Origin: Callorhinchus milii
Taxonomy: Eukaryota
Direction: 5' to 3'
Assembly: GCF_018977255.1 (NCBI RefSeq)
Contig: NW_024704758.1
Coordinates: 2,170,001 to 2,234,000 of the forward strand
DNA: 64,000 nucleotides
The notes under the pieces were generated by a model. It was given only the letters and a program-made list of their open reading frames with translations, was not told where the DNA came from and made no database searches. Shown here one piece after another: positions 24,501 to 36,822 of this stretch (within the stretch, counting starts at the first letter, position 1; the number at the start of each line of letters is the position of its first letter). The position numbers and the translations under genes are program-made.

Positions 24501-26624
24501 GAAACATCCTCCCACCACCAGAGGGTCTGTATGAAATAGGAGTCAGGAGGCCGTGGATTCGGATCCCACTTCGGGACTCGAACCCGCAATGCTGACACTC
24601 CATTGCGGCGCTGGAGGGGGGGGGTTAAGTTTTTGGAGGCGCCGTCCTTCAGGTGACACGTTAAACCGAGGTCCCATCTGCCTGTTCGAGTGGATGTTAA
24701 ACGATCCCGCGGCGCTATTTGAAAAGAGAAGGGAGTTTCTCTCTCTCCCGGTGTCCTGTCCCGGGTTAGTTAACGGTTAGAGTGGGGTGGTGGTGGCGGA
24801 GGGTTTCCAATTGCGCTGGGCTGTAAGAGGGGCATCCGTTACTGTTCTCCCCACCCCAACCCCACTTGAGAATGAACCTGCGCTGTGAGAACCTCTGTGT
24901 AACGTCAGTGTCAGTGTACAGGCCAGTGCTTTGGGATGTCCTCCTGACGTGAAAGGCGCTATCCAAATGGCCTGGGAGGAGTGGGGGGGGGAGGGGGGGG
25001 TGGGTGTTCCTCGCTCCAATACTGTTAAACTCACAATAAAACTTTCAAACTTTCAAAGCATTAAGACTGTGGAATTGGATCTCTATCAATCTGTAACTGA
25101 TGCAAAGGTTGCATTTACAGCTTTCTTGGAACAATTGGTAATGATTGACCGACTGTTGGACTGACTGATAAAGCAATTCGGATGCTTTTGAACACGGAAA
25201 TACTGCCTAAACACACACAGTTCCATTAACTGCCCACCTTTCCCAATCTTATTTTAAGTCACTTTACGCCTCCACCCTCCATTACTCAATCTCCAGCGAC
25301 AGCTCGCCTGCGCTCTCCTACTCACTCCTACCTCCGCCACACCACCTTCTGCAAATAAACACCCAAAGCACGTGCCACTACAGCACCAAGTTGAAGCTAT
25401 GATAAAATGGATTAAACCCTGTGGAGCCATTGCTTCCAATTGTCCATGATGGTCCAAGTGAAAAGACTTGGGTTCGATTCCCGATCAGGGCGAAATATTA
25501 GACAAGTTTCCCTACAGAACAACCCTCTGTTTACCTAGCAGTAAGTGGGAGCACAGTTGTTAGTCGATCGGCGGCTTGCATTTCCGGGAATAATAATTCC
25601 TTCCCCAAAAAATAGTAATAAAAATTGGTCACTCAATCTACGACTGTTTGTGGGGACGCTGCTGTGCACAATTGGCTGCCGCGTTTCGCCCACAAAATAT
25701 ACAGTCAATTCACTTTACAGTATATTCTGGGAAGCACTTTGAGATGTCGTGAAGACGTGTTAAGGTGCTATATCAAATGCAAGGATTATTATTATTATTA
25801 GGTTCGTGGAATGTTCGAGGAGTTTGGTTTGGATACTCTCGAGCAGAGTGATGGGGTTTCTGTGGGCATCTGATCATATTTTTAAAAACTCTCACAGATG
25901 AATTGATCAGTCACCTAATGGCAGTTTATGAGTCTTTGCTGCATTTGCCTATAAAAAAAGTCACTACACCTGACAGTAATTACCGTGAAACACTGAGACG
26001 TTTCATAGATACATAGAAACAGGAGTAGGCTGTTCAGCCCCTCGAGTCTGTTCCGCCAATTTATAAGATCGTGGTTGATCTGTACCTCAAGTCAGTTACC
26101 AGCCCTTGTCCCATATCCCTTAATATCCTGACCCAACAAATATCTATCTACCTCAGTCTTGAAAATGTCAATGGACTTATAAACACAAGCTCCTTTTTAT
26201 AAAGTGAGGTGGGGGGAGGGGGCGCGGCGAAAACGTAGAGGGGTTCTGTTTGGCTACGCCTTTTAGCATTAAGTAGGCTTCAATAAAAACAGAATTACCA
26301 GCAGGTAATTGCACAGATGGGATTAGCAAAGACTGGAAGCTGTGGGGAGATGGAAATGCAATCAGAGGGAATAGCAATTTGAATTAAAATGAATAACAGC
26401 CGTTTGATACACTAGGGATTACCACAGAAGATGCATTCGTTTTCAGCCTGTCCGTCCCTACCCCATCACAGGCAGCCCGGGAGCACCATCAACCAAGAAT
26501 TCCGCCCGCTGCTATCCATTAAAAGTCTCCCGGTGAGATGCTTTTATTTTTGCCTTCCGCAGGGTTTTGATCAACCTTGATGCAGTTGGTGATAGAGTGA
26601 GGGGAAGCACTTTTTTTTTTAAAT

Positions 26625-27050
26625 AAATAATCCTTGCATTTGACGTACCGCCTTATCTCGTCGTTGAGACGTCTCAAAGCGCTACGCAGGATACACTGTA
26701 AAGTGAATTGACTGTGAATTTTGCGGGCGAAACCCAGCAGCCAATTGCGCACAGCAGCGTCCCCACAAACAGCAATGCAGTGAGTGACCAATTTTATTCA
26801 GGGGGATTGTTGGCCAAGACACTGAGTGAGAGAAACTGCCTTTTCTTTTTGAATAGACCTGCGGGATCTTTAAGAGATTCCGTCCGTCCATCCGAACAGT
26901 TCTCATCTGAAGGACGGCACCTCCAGCAATGCAACACATCCCCAGTGCTGCACTGGAGTGTCCGCTTAGATCCCAAGTGGGGCTTGAATCCAACAACCTT
27001 CTGAATGAGAAGCACGAGCGCTCCGTTTGAAATAACGGGAGCAGTTCTTG
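26625..27050 (-). mobile_element. Older SacSINE1/AmnSINE1-like DeuSINE with long central domain
   Basis: GGAGGTGCCGTCCTTCAGATGAG...AAAGATCCC...GTCTTGGCCAACAAT central block plus the shared Deu/L2 tail. Related fragments at ~24550-24765, 38685-38955, 60455-60735 and 61890-62240. Confidence 0.75.
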
Positions 27051-28007
27051 GCTCAGTTTGGCAATCCATTTGAACTCCGGTTTCTACACGGGAATGAAAA
27101 GCTTTAGTTGTGTGTCAGTCTGGCTCAGTGCTAGGCTCACTGACAGCTGGAGGACATCCTTCCGACATGAAAGGCGTTGTTGTATCAATGTAATTTTGTT
27201 ATTATTGTTAAGAGAATCCATACTGTACCGAGGGTTTCACAGTGTGGACGCGGGATAAAATCTCTTGTGTTGCTATGGGGGAGGAATGCCCCCAGGATAT
27301 TACACATCACTGTGTGGAATGGTTGGCTCTGTTCCCTCTTTGTTCAGTCAATCAAGGTTTACGCCTGTGTGCCTTAAGCACACAAAACAAAACACAACAC
27401 AATAGCTGATCCTTTGCAAAATGCGGATTCATTGCCTCCCAGGGTTGGAAACCAAAGGACAGCAGTAGACACCCAACAATGGCTCAACCATTTGACGTCT
27501 TTACTTAACTTCATTCACTCTCAGGGGGAATGGGGAGTGGTTAACTCACTCGCCTCGCAAGCAAGAGAACTTGGGTTCAATTCCAAGGCAGGGACAACCT
27601 TAGTCGTGTGCTTACTCCACACTCCTCCATTTACCAAGCAATAAGTAGGAACCCTCTTGTTAGTCGATTGGCTAATAGTTTCCAAGTGTGATAATCCCCT
27701 AAAAAAAATTGGTCACTAAATTGGTTGTGTACAGTTAACTGCTGCAGTTAACCAACAAAATATGAATTTCTGGAAATATAGTCTGCCTGATATAGCTGAC
27801 TGGTATAGACCTCCACAGAGAACCTATCTCAGCCTAAGTTGGAGCCAAAGCAGCAAGAGACAAAAACAGGGAAGGATACTTCTTTCTATTTCATTCTCCT
27901 CTCTCAGATGACACTGTCCCCTGAAAGCTCACACATCTCATCGCTACACAACTCACTCCTTACCCAAACACCTAGGAAGCACAAGAAGAAAGAATGGAGT
28001 CCTTTGT

Positions 28008-28331
28008 GGAGTCCTGTAGCTCAGTGGTTAGAGCACTCGCTTTGCAAGCGAGGGACCTGAGTTCAATCCCAGGCAGGTCAGGGCGAAACCTTGGGCAAGT
28101 TTCCTTACTCCACACAGAGCCTAATAATAATCCCTCCAAAAAACCCAAAACAATAATTAAATTGGTCATTTTCAATCTACGACTGTTTGTGGGACATTGC
28201 TGTGCGCAATTGGCTGCCGTGTTCGCCCACAAATATACAGTCAATTCACTTTACAGTGTGTTCTGTGAAGCGCTTTGGGACGTCCTCCCGACGTGAAAAG
28301 CGCTATATCAAATGCAAGGATTATTATTATT
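28008..28331 (+). mobile_element. Full-length young tRNA(Ala)-derived SINE with Deu/L2-type tail
   Basis: A box GTAGCTCAGTGG, anticodon arm CTCGC-TTTGCAA-GCGAG, B box GAGTTCAATCCC, tail ...GCGCTATATCAAATGCAAGGA(TTA)n. Dozens of related copies in the window. Confidence 0.92.
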
Positions 28332-28540
28332 AATGTTCATTTTTAAAAGAGCATTTTCTAGGTTAAAAGGTCCTAAAGTGTTTCGGGGGTAATTGGGAGC
28401 TAGAAAATAATATCTCGGGACACAGTAAATAGTTTGGGACACAACATGTCAAGTGACTGCCAGGACGATGGAAGGCAAACTAGATGGACCTGCGTCTTCT
28501 GCCTAGCAAATTCTTCTGTTCTTAAATGTAGTGACAATGT

Positions 28541-28857
28541 GGAGTCCTGTAGCTCAGTGGTTAGAGCACTCGCTTTGCAAGCGAGAGACCCGAGTTCAAT
28601 TTCAGGCAGGTCAGGGCGAAACCTTGGGCAAGTTTCCTTACTCCACACAGAGCCTAATAATAATCCCTCCAAAAAAAACAATAATAAATTGGTCATTTTC
28701 AATCTACGACTGTTTGTGGGACATTGCTGTGCGCAATTGGCTGCCGCGTTCGCCCACAAATATACAGTCAATTCACTTTACAGTGTGTTCTGTGAAGCGC
28801 TTTGGGACGTCCTCCCGACGTGAAAAGCGCTATATCAAATGCAAGGATTATTATTAT
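28541..28857 (+). mobile_element. Second near-identical full-length SINE, tandem with 28008-28331
   Basis: Same head, body and (TTA)n tail; shares the GCAGGTCAGGGCGAAACC variant. Confidence 0.92.
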
Positions 28858-31800
28858 AATGTACTTAAAGGCAAACCTGGCAACTGATTTGCACCCAATA
28901 AGCTCCCGCAAGCAGTCAGGAGATGGAATGCCCAATTATCTGGAGGATCACTAACATCAGGCGAAACTCCCCGCTATTTCCCAATTGTCTTTACATCAAA
29001 CCGGCAGACAGAACCTCGGTTTAATGTCCCCGTTGAAGGACAGCACCTCTGATAATGTAACGCTCTCCGCCCCCTCACCCCCAAATCAGGCAAGACTGTG
29101 ATTTTAAGATTAAACACGGGGCTTGAACTCCACAACTTTGTGACCCAGGGGATAGAAAGGGCACTGCCCGCTGAGTCAAGCCAACACTGGCTACAATCAA
29201 GTGAGGTGACCGTTATGTCGAGACACGAGACGAGACAAAAGAAAACTTGCAAGATTTTCAAAAGTTTCTGAATTGAGGCTTCTTTAAGAATTGACCGAAT
29301 TCTGGACACTGAAATGGTAACAAGTATAAATCTAGCCCCAAGGCAATTTCCCCCCCCTTCGCTCTCTCTTCCCCCCCATTCTCTCTCTCTCTCTTCCCCC
29401 CCCCTCTCCCTCTCTCTCTTCCCCTCTCCCAATATCATCTCGTCGTCTTAACTATTACTATTAACAAATGTTAGAAGTACAAGCTTGGGACAGTGGCTTC
29501 CACTCAGATGTCTCTCTCTCGCTATATATATATATATACACACACATACACATGTATATATATATTCACGCGTTTTAAACCAAAAGTTCTCCCTGGTTAG
29601 TTTGTGAGCAGCCACACATCTTAATGAAAATCTGTCTGCAGAAGGAGAGGGAACCGTTTCCTTATTGGCAGGTCAGCGACTGAACTGGTTTTGCTGCTAA
29701 TCAATCCGGGCAGCCATGGCAATGAAAGAGACAAAAGTCTTGAACGGCTTGAGGTTCTTACCTGCAATGAACTGCCTTAGAGATTTGTTTGTTGACAGGA
29801 GATCAGGGCTGGAGAGCTGCTGTGGGCGATGCGACTCAATCACTCGACTGACTGACTAACTGAGTTGCACCTGTTGCGATCTTTGGATCCAAACTCAATC
29901 GTGATCACCTGTAGTCCGGGTTTGGGAGGAGTGCAGGGAGGGAGGGAGAGAGAGAGGGAGGGAGAGAGAGAGCAATCCACTTTTGCAAAGCAGATTAGCT
30001 CTATTGTCAGCTGCTCCAGATCTGTAACTTTCCAAGTATGGACGTCAGGAGAGCAAGTGACTTATCGTGTGTGTGTCTCTCCTCTCTCTCTCCTTAGCCT
30101 TTTGAACACTGGATCAATCCTGGGAAAGTCTAAACACAAACGCAAAAATATCTAAACTGTGTTTGCGTGCAAATGCCTGGTATCTGTCTCTCTCTCTCTC
30201 TCTCTCTTACTCACTGCTATTTACACACAGCGCCTCTGTGAGTGCATATTTGCCTTCTGATTGTATTGTATTGCTTTAAGATTGCTTCCAGCCCCTCTCT
30301 TTTTTTCTCTCTCTCTCTCCAGGACACCCCCCAATTTAGATTTGATTGGGTGACTTCACTCCCCCCACTTACAGTTATTGTGACATGTTCTGTCTGTTAC
30401 TAAGTGTCACCCATTTAAGTCAACAGCAGCTTCAATTACTATTTAATCTCTCAATCAATGTTATGTATCTTCTGGTTATGATTTGAATAACTGCTTATAA
30501 TTGAAACCCATTCAGGGACTGAATATTTCCAAATAATCCCCATTCAATCTCCTGAGAATTTTTTTTTGTCAATGTGTCTTAAAGGTCATCAGTCATAACA
30601 TAAACCCTTTAACAAAAGGCAAAATACTGCAGATGCTAGAAATCTGATATAAAAACAGAAGTCACTGGGAACACGCAGCAGGTCAGTTCTGACAAAAAGT
30701 TATCGACCTGAACCGTTAACTCATTTTCCTCTCTCCATAGACGCTGCCTGACCTGCTGCAAGTTCCTCAGCGACATAACCCCTTTGGTCAGCCGAGTGTC
30801 TGACACAAGAGGAAACCTATCACCGTGTTCAAAACAGACTGAGAAGTTCCACATATGTAAGCCACCCACACATGGAAATTTCCCTGCGTCTGAAATGGAA
30901 CGCGCACTCTCTCTCTCTCGTTTATCGAATTCCGGAGAGTATTAGGTACAGGTTGCTGAGAGCCAAGGCTTGGGGGGCCCAGGGTGTGCGTTAAGTGGAT
31001 ATTGCTGGAGTTTAAGCAGCAAAAAACACAGCACACACAGTGGGCGCCACCAGTACAGTCCTGTCAGGTCTCGACTCGTGCAAACGCATTGCTCCCATTA
31101 GCACAAATTACCATTGGAAATGAACTTACATATTTATGATAATTATTGCATCCTGTGGTGCCTCATATGTAAATCAATGGGGAGCACTGACATTTGAATA
31201 ATATTGCGGAACCCTTGTATGTGTAAAACCAATGCAAGGCAGATGCAGATGATATCAATCAAACTGTGATACGCACCTGGGCAGATCAGTGGCAAATGCA
31301 ATTTCAGGGCAGAAAAATACAGGAAGCAAGCATTTGAGGGAAGGGGCCTTGGCTGGCGCACTCAACTGCAAGTACACAGTCACTACACTTCACAGTGAAA
31401 TCCCAGGAAGCGCTTTGAGACGTCTCGACGACGTGATGAGGTGCTCTATCGAACGCAATTCTGATTATATTAGGAGGAACACGCCCTCTGTGGATGGCCA
31501 GGAAGTCGAAAGAGAACTCGGACTGTTTGTTTGTTGCCTTAGTGACTGGCAAGAGTGTGAGGCAGCCATAAAAAGGGTAAACAGGATGCTGGGCAGTGTT
31601 TTTGTTCAGAGCCCCAGAGATCATGTTCAAGTTGCACAGTGTGATATGAGGGGCTGCTTCAAGCCTCAGGGTCAGCACACAGAGGAGCAATAAGGCTAAT
31701 CCCCAATATTGGAAGGAGTTTTGCCCACAGAACACAGTCAACCCACTTGACACTATATCCTGGAAGCGCCTTGAGACGTCTCAATGACATCTCAATCATA

Positions 31801-34157
31801 AGGTGCTATATCAATTGCAAGGATTATTATTATTATTATAATAATGTGGAATGACCAAATAAGCTAGGGCACTTCTTCAACGGGATGTCTCAAGGAGATT
31901 GAGCACGCAATGTAAGATGGGAATAGAGAAAAGCAAGCCTTGTGCGGGCGTAAAAGAGAAAGCTAAACATTTCTGGTGTTGCCCTTCATCGGAGACGGGT
32001 TCGTGTCTGTTTTCGCACAATAGCAATACTCGCATGTGATTCAGAACCTTTCTGTGTCTCAAAGCTTCACAGGAGATATTACAAAGTGTAGCAACTGTGC
32101 GGTTTGTGGGCAAACTCCTATGAAACAAACTGAGAAGACCGAGATGGTCACTTACTCTGCAATAATGCCACCTCCACAAGGTACAGTCATTTGTCCAGTT
32201 GCAGTTACCCAGAGTAGGAACACCCTCTGATGGCCACAATAAGGATCAAACGAGCTTCAAACTCAAACCTTTGCCTTTTGAACCTGCGTGGGATGGAGTC
32301 CCAGAGTCCCTTCACTCTTTCAATCACTGGGTGAGCTTTCAGCCATCCTGCCTCAACCCTCTGGAACTCCATCTCCAACTTGCCTCCTCCCTCCCCACTT
32401 TCAAAGCCTGCCTGAAGATGTACCTCTTTGACTGTGCTCTGCCCCGCTCGCCCCCTCCCCACCCACACACACACACACACCCCCCCCTCTTCAGTTCCTC
32501 TCCTCCCCACCCCCTTGCAGGCCCAGCCCGTTGGGTGAGCCACTTTGAGATATCCTCTCTGTGTGTGAAAGCTGCTGTATCAATGTAAATTATGTTGCTT
32601 TGTGTGCTCATTCTGCAATAAATAAGCTTACAGTGACGTGCGTTATTGGAATATTGCGTAGGTGTATCTCCTAGGGAAATTGCTACCAGAACAATACTTT
32701 GCAGCCTTAGGAACATCCCCTGAAGTTTAAAGAGCTTGCTCTGCCTAAATGCTGTGGGATATTTCCCAGCGTGAAGAATGCGACATACATGCAAGTTGTT
32801 GCTGTTGTTGTTCAGAACTGGTCTGTCATCAGCAGTGCCCTGTAGTACCGTGATCCAACCTGGTTCAGGAACCAGGCTACTGACTGTCATGGTTACAATG
32901 GATATTCAATGGCTTTGTTTTAATACTGTCGTCTTCTTTCTATTAGAGTCCTGTAGCTTCGTGGTTAGACGCTCGCCTCGCAAGCGAGAGGTCCTGGGTT
33001 CGATTCCCAGCAAGGAAACACAATAAAAGCCTCTGTTTACCTAGCAGTAAGTGGGAACCCGGTGGTCAGTCGATTTCCGGGGGTAATAATTCCTTCAAAA
33101 TAAGTAAAAATGATTTGGTCACTCAATCCTCGACTGTTTGTGGGACCCTGCTGTGCGCAATTGGCTGCCGCATTTCGCCTATGAAATATACAGTCAATTC
33201 ACCTGATAGTATATTCTGTGAAGCGCTTAGAGACGTCTCGAAGACGTTGATAAAACACTATATCAAATGTAAGCATTAGTATTACTGTATGTTTATTTGT
33301 GTCTGTATGTTCCTTTGGTGTCCTCTTGTGGTCTCTCTGGGTACTGTCCCAACTCATAATATAATAATAATCCTTGCATTTGATATAGCGCTTTTCACGT
33401 CTTCTCGACGTCTCAAAGCGCTTCACAGATTATGCTGTAAAGTGAATTGACTGTATATTTGGGTGCAAAACGCGGCAGCCAATTGCGCGCAGCAATGTCC
33501 CACAAACAGTCGTGGGTTGAAAAATGACCAATTTATTATTGTTTTGTTTTGGAGGGATTATTACTCATCTCATCTCACTGAGGCAAAGCCAAGCACTTAA
33601 AAGGGATGTTGCCAAGGCTGCAAAGTGTTGTTCTGATGGCAATTCCCCTAGGAAGTACACCTACGCAATACTTCAAGGCTGAAGACGTGATTAAAGTCAG
33701 TCACAGACAATGGAATGGTGATAAATTAAATTACATTGGGATCTCTCTCTCCCCGTCTAAATTGCTACTCCCACCCTGTTGCCCTCTCTTTCCCACCCCT
33801 GGTTTAAGGGAACACAGAAAGCTAATGAGCTGCCTTTTAATAATAATTCTTGCATTTAACGCCCTATCACATTGTTGAGAGTTGCCAAAGCACTTCACTG
33901 AATAGATTGTAAAGTGAATTGACTGTGTATTTTGTGGACAAAACGCGGCCGCCAATTGTGCACAAACAATGTGGATTGAGTGACCACATTTATTTATTTA
34001 TTTATTTTTTGGGAGGATTATTACACCCATAAAGCAATTTGCCAATCGACTGTCAACTGGGTTCCTACTGCTACAGAGGCATGTGGAGTGAGGAGACTTG
34101 CCAAAGGTTTCGCACCACCTGGGAATCGAACCCGGGTCCTCTTGCTTGTGAGGTGAG

Positions 34158-35620
34158 AACATAAGAACATAAGAATTAGGAGCAGGAGTAGGCCATTCGG
34201 CCCCTCGAGCCTGCCCCGGGATTCAATAGGATCATGGCTGATCTATTCTAACTCCACCTCCCGCCTTATCCCCATATCCCTTAATCCCTTTATCCACAAG
34301 AAATCTATCAATCTCAGTCTTGAATATGTTCAAGGACTGAGCATCTACAGCCCTTTTGGAGTAGAGAGTTCCATAAAGTCACTACCCTCTGAGTGAAGAA
34401 GTTTTTCCTCAACTCAGTGCGAAAGGGCTTAGGCCTAATTTTAAGACTGTGACCCCTGGTTATAGTTTCTCCAACCAGGGAAAAAAGTCTCCCACTATCT
34501 ATTCTGTCGTGCCCCTTAATAACCTTATAGGTTTCTATAAAATCACTTCTCATTCTTCTATGTTCTAGAGAATATAGGCCTAAATTGCTCAACCTATCCT
34601 CATAACTCATCCCCCTCATCCCAGGTACCAACCTACATTGTACCCCCTCCAAGGCGAGTACATCCTTTCTTAAATAAGGAGATCAAAACTGCACACAATA
34701 CTCTCGGTGCGGTCTCAGGGCCCTATACAGTGGCAGTAAGACTTCCCTACTCTTATATTCTAACCCTTTTGTAACAAATGCCAACATACTGTTAGCCTTC
34801 CTAGTTGCTTGCTGTACCTGCAAACTAACTTTTTGTGACTGGTGTACAAGGACACCCAAGTCCCTCTGAACGCTAACACTATCTTGTCTCTCCTCTTCTA
34901 AAAAAATAATCTGCTCTACTGATTTTGCCACCTAGGTGGATGACTTCACACGTCCCTACATTACACTCCATCTGCCACCTATTTGCCCACTCACCTGCCT
35001 ATCTATATCTTCTTGCATTTTTTTAATGTCAACCTCGGTGTTTACTCTCCCTCCTAGTTTAGTGTCATCCGCAAATTTGGATATATTAAGTTCGATGTCC
35101 TCATCTATAATAATAATAATCCTTACATTTGATATAGCGCTTTTCACGTCGGGAGGACGTCCCAAAGCGCTTCACAGAACGCACTGTAAAGTGAATTGAC
35201 TGTATATTTGTGGGCGAACGCGGCAGCCAATTGCGCACAGCAATGTCCCACAAACAGTCGTAGATTGAAAATGACCAATTTATTATTGTTTTTTTTTGAT
35301 TTTGGAGGGATTATTATTAGGCTCTGTATGGAGTAAGGAAACTTTCCCAAGGTTTCGCCCTCTGCCTGGAATTGAACTCAGGTCTCTCACTTGCAAAGCA
35401 AGTGCTCTAACCACTGAGCTACAGGACTCCTAGATCGTTGATGTAGGTTGTAAATAGTTGAGGCCCAGGCTCTGATCCTTGTGGCACTCCACTAGTCACA
35501 TCCCGCCAATCTGAGAAGGACCCATTTATCCCTACTCTTTGTTTTCTTCGCGTTAAGCCATTCTTCAATCCATGCTAATATACCCCTTAATTCCATGGGC
35601 CCTAATCTTGTGGATCAACC
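34158..35620 (-). mobile_element. 5'-truncated, degenerate CR1 LINE (RT C-terminus + 3'UTR)
   Basis: Translations ISKFADDTKLGG, RDLGVLVHQS, KANSMLAF, RGHSLKI, KNFFTQRVVTLWNSL; 3' tail (TTCTTATG)n; frameshifted. Confidence 0.92.
35108..35430 (-). mobile_element. Full-length young SINE inserted inside a CR1 LINE
   Basis: Interrupts CR1 RT sequence between TCATCTA and TAGATCG. Confidence 0.9.
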
Positions 35621-35753
35621 ATTATTATATATTATATATTATATATTATTATATATTATATATAGCGGGTGAGCCCACTAACCACTACGCTACGGGACTT
35701 TATCCAAGTCACAGTTGCAAAAAGTCACACAGACAGCGAAGTTTAGTTCACCC

Positions 35754-35759
35754 TTTATT
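35754..35759 (-). promoter_or_regulatory. Probable distal PNPLA2 poly(A) signal AATAAA (3'UTR ~4 kb)
   Basis: AATAAA on minus, followed ~20 nt later by GU-rich TGTCTGTGTGACTTTTTG. It ends an AT-rich UTR-like tract; other AATAAA copies exist upstream. Confidence 0.5.
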
Positions 35760-36644
35760 AACACAAAATAAAAGGTTTAACGAACCAGAGTGAAGACCAC
35801 AGTGCAGTAATTGTGAGAGCAGAATGCATAAGCTACGTACCAAATCTAAATTGTAAAGCGTGAGATCATTAGATATATATTACAAATCTATATATATTAT
35901 AAAAATTGGGACTGCTACTCAAACAGGTAGCATTCCTGTGTTTATTGCAGTATGATCTGCAGATAGAGTTTCACATCCACAAATTCCTATAGGTTATTGT
36001 CAGGTGCAGTAAAAATATTATATTGCTGTGACTCATATATTGGTGGACTCTGAAAACAGAGGGAGATGAAACCTACAACAAGTTACATTTATATAGAACC
36101 TTTCACCTCAAGAAGACATCCCAACCGACTTCGAAACTCAAGCTAATAGAGCGAGTTTATCTGATTGCTCACGGCAGTCATTCAAAGTAAAACGTTTTTT
36201 TTTTAAAAAACACAAACCTCAAGGAATTGTTTCATTGAGAAGGAAATAACTGAATGATTCCCGGAGAGTTTAAAAACAAGTTACATTCAGAAAGCCCTCT
36301 CCTCTCTTCTTTTCGCAGGCTTCCCGCAGTTAGAAAACCTATTCACACCGTTAATATAGAGAAGTACATGGAACCTCAATCAGTTTTCATTTCAAAAACT
36401 TGCTGAGGGAGATGTAAACCTTTCTTCCTGACCAAAACAAAACAAGCTTTATATGTCCACCTCCCCATCCTCCGCCCTCATCAAAATAATCACATTTTAC
36501 AGAAATTCATCTTCAAACTTCAGAATGGCGTTTTACAATCTATATACACACAGGCTTATGTCTTATCAGATGCAAACTATTGTCTTAACCATATGTTTCT
36601 GGCCCCCCAACCCCACTTTATTACGTTCCAGCCAAAACAAAATA

Positions 36645-36822
36645 CAATAAATTCCTGATAACTCGATCCTGGTTTAACTTGTCACTATCACTTTAGTCAT
36701 CACACTCTCAATATCCCAGTACCATTAATTTATGTATTTATACATATGCCTAACTCATCATTCTGGATAAGTGGTCACTTAGCCCTTTTTCCTTGGAGTG
36801 TTAAGTTATCAGGAGTTTACTG
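36645..36822. mobile_element. Tigger/pogo-type MITE (178 bp) with TA flanks
   Basis: TA|CAATAAATTCCTGATAACT ... AGTTATCAGGAGTTTACTG|TA; 17/19 TIR match. Confidence 0.7.

Larger units (their letters stand above)
33840..35699 (-). mobile_element. Older SINE split by the CR1 insertion (body 33840-34157, head 35668-35699)
   Basis: Head continues across the insertion, with duplicated GGTGAG at 34152-34157 and 35668-35673. Confidence 0.8.

Noticed and set aside
28008..28085. tRNA-Ala(TGC)-like sequence (also at 5240, 28541, 32946 and others)
   Set aside because: These are SINE heads: no proper acceptor stem, and each continues into the SINE body.
27972..28887. Repeated ORFs such as [16 protein letters not shown]... 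and ...[14 protein letters not shown]...
   Set aside because: Translations of SINE copies recurring throughout the window; not genes.
34314..35165. Reverse-transcriptase-like ORFs as an active enzyme or novel RT system
   Set aside because: Fragmented, frameshifted, 5'-truncated CR1 interrupted by a SINE.
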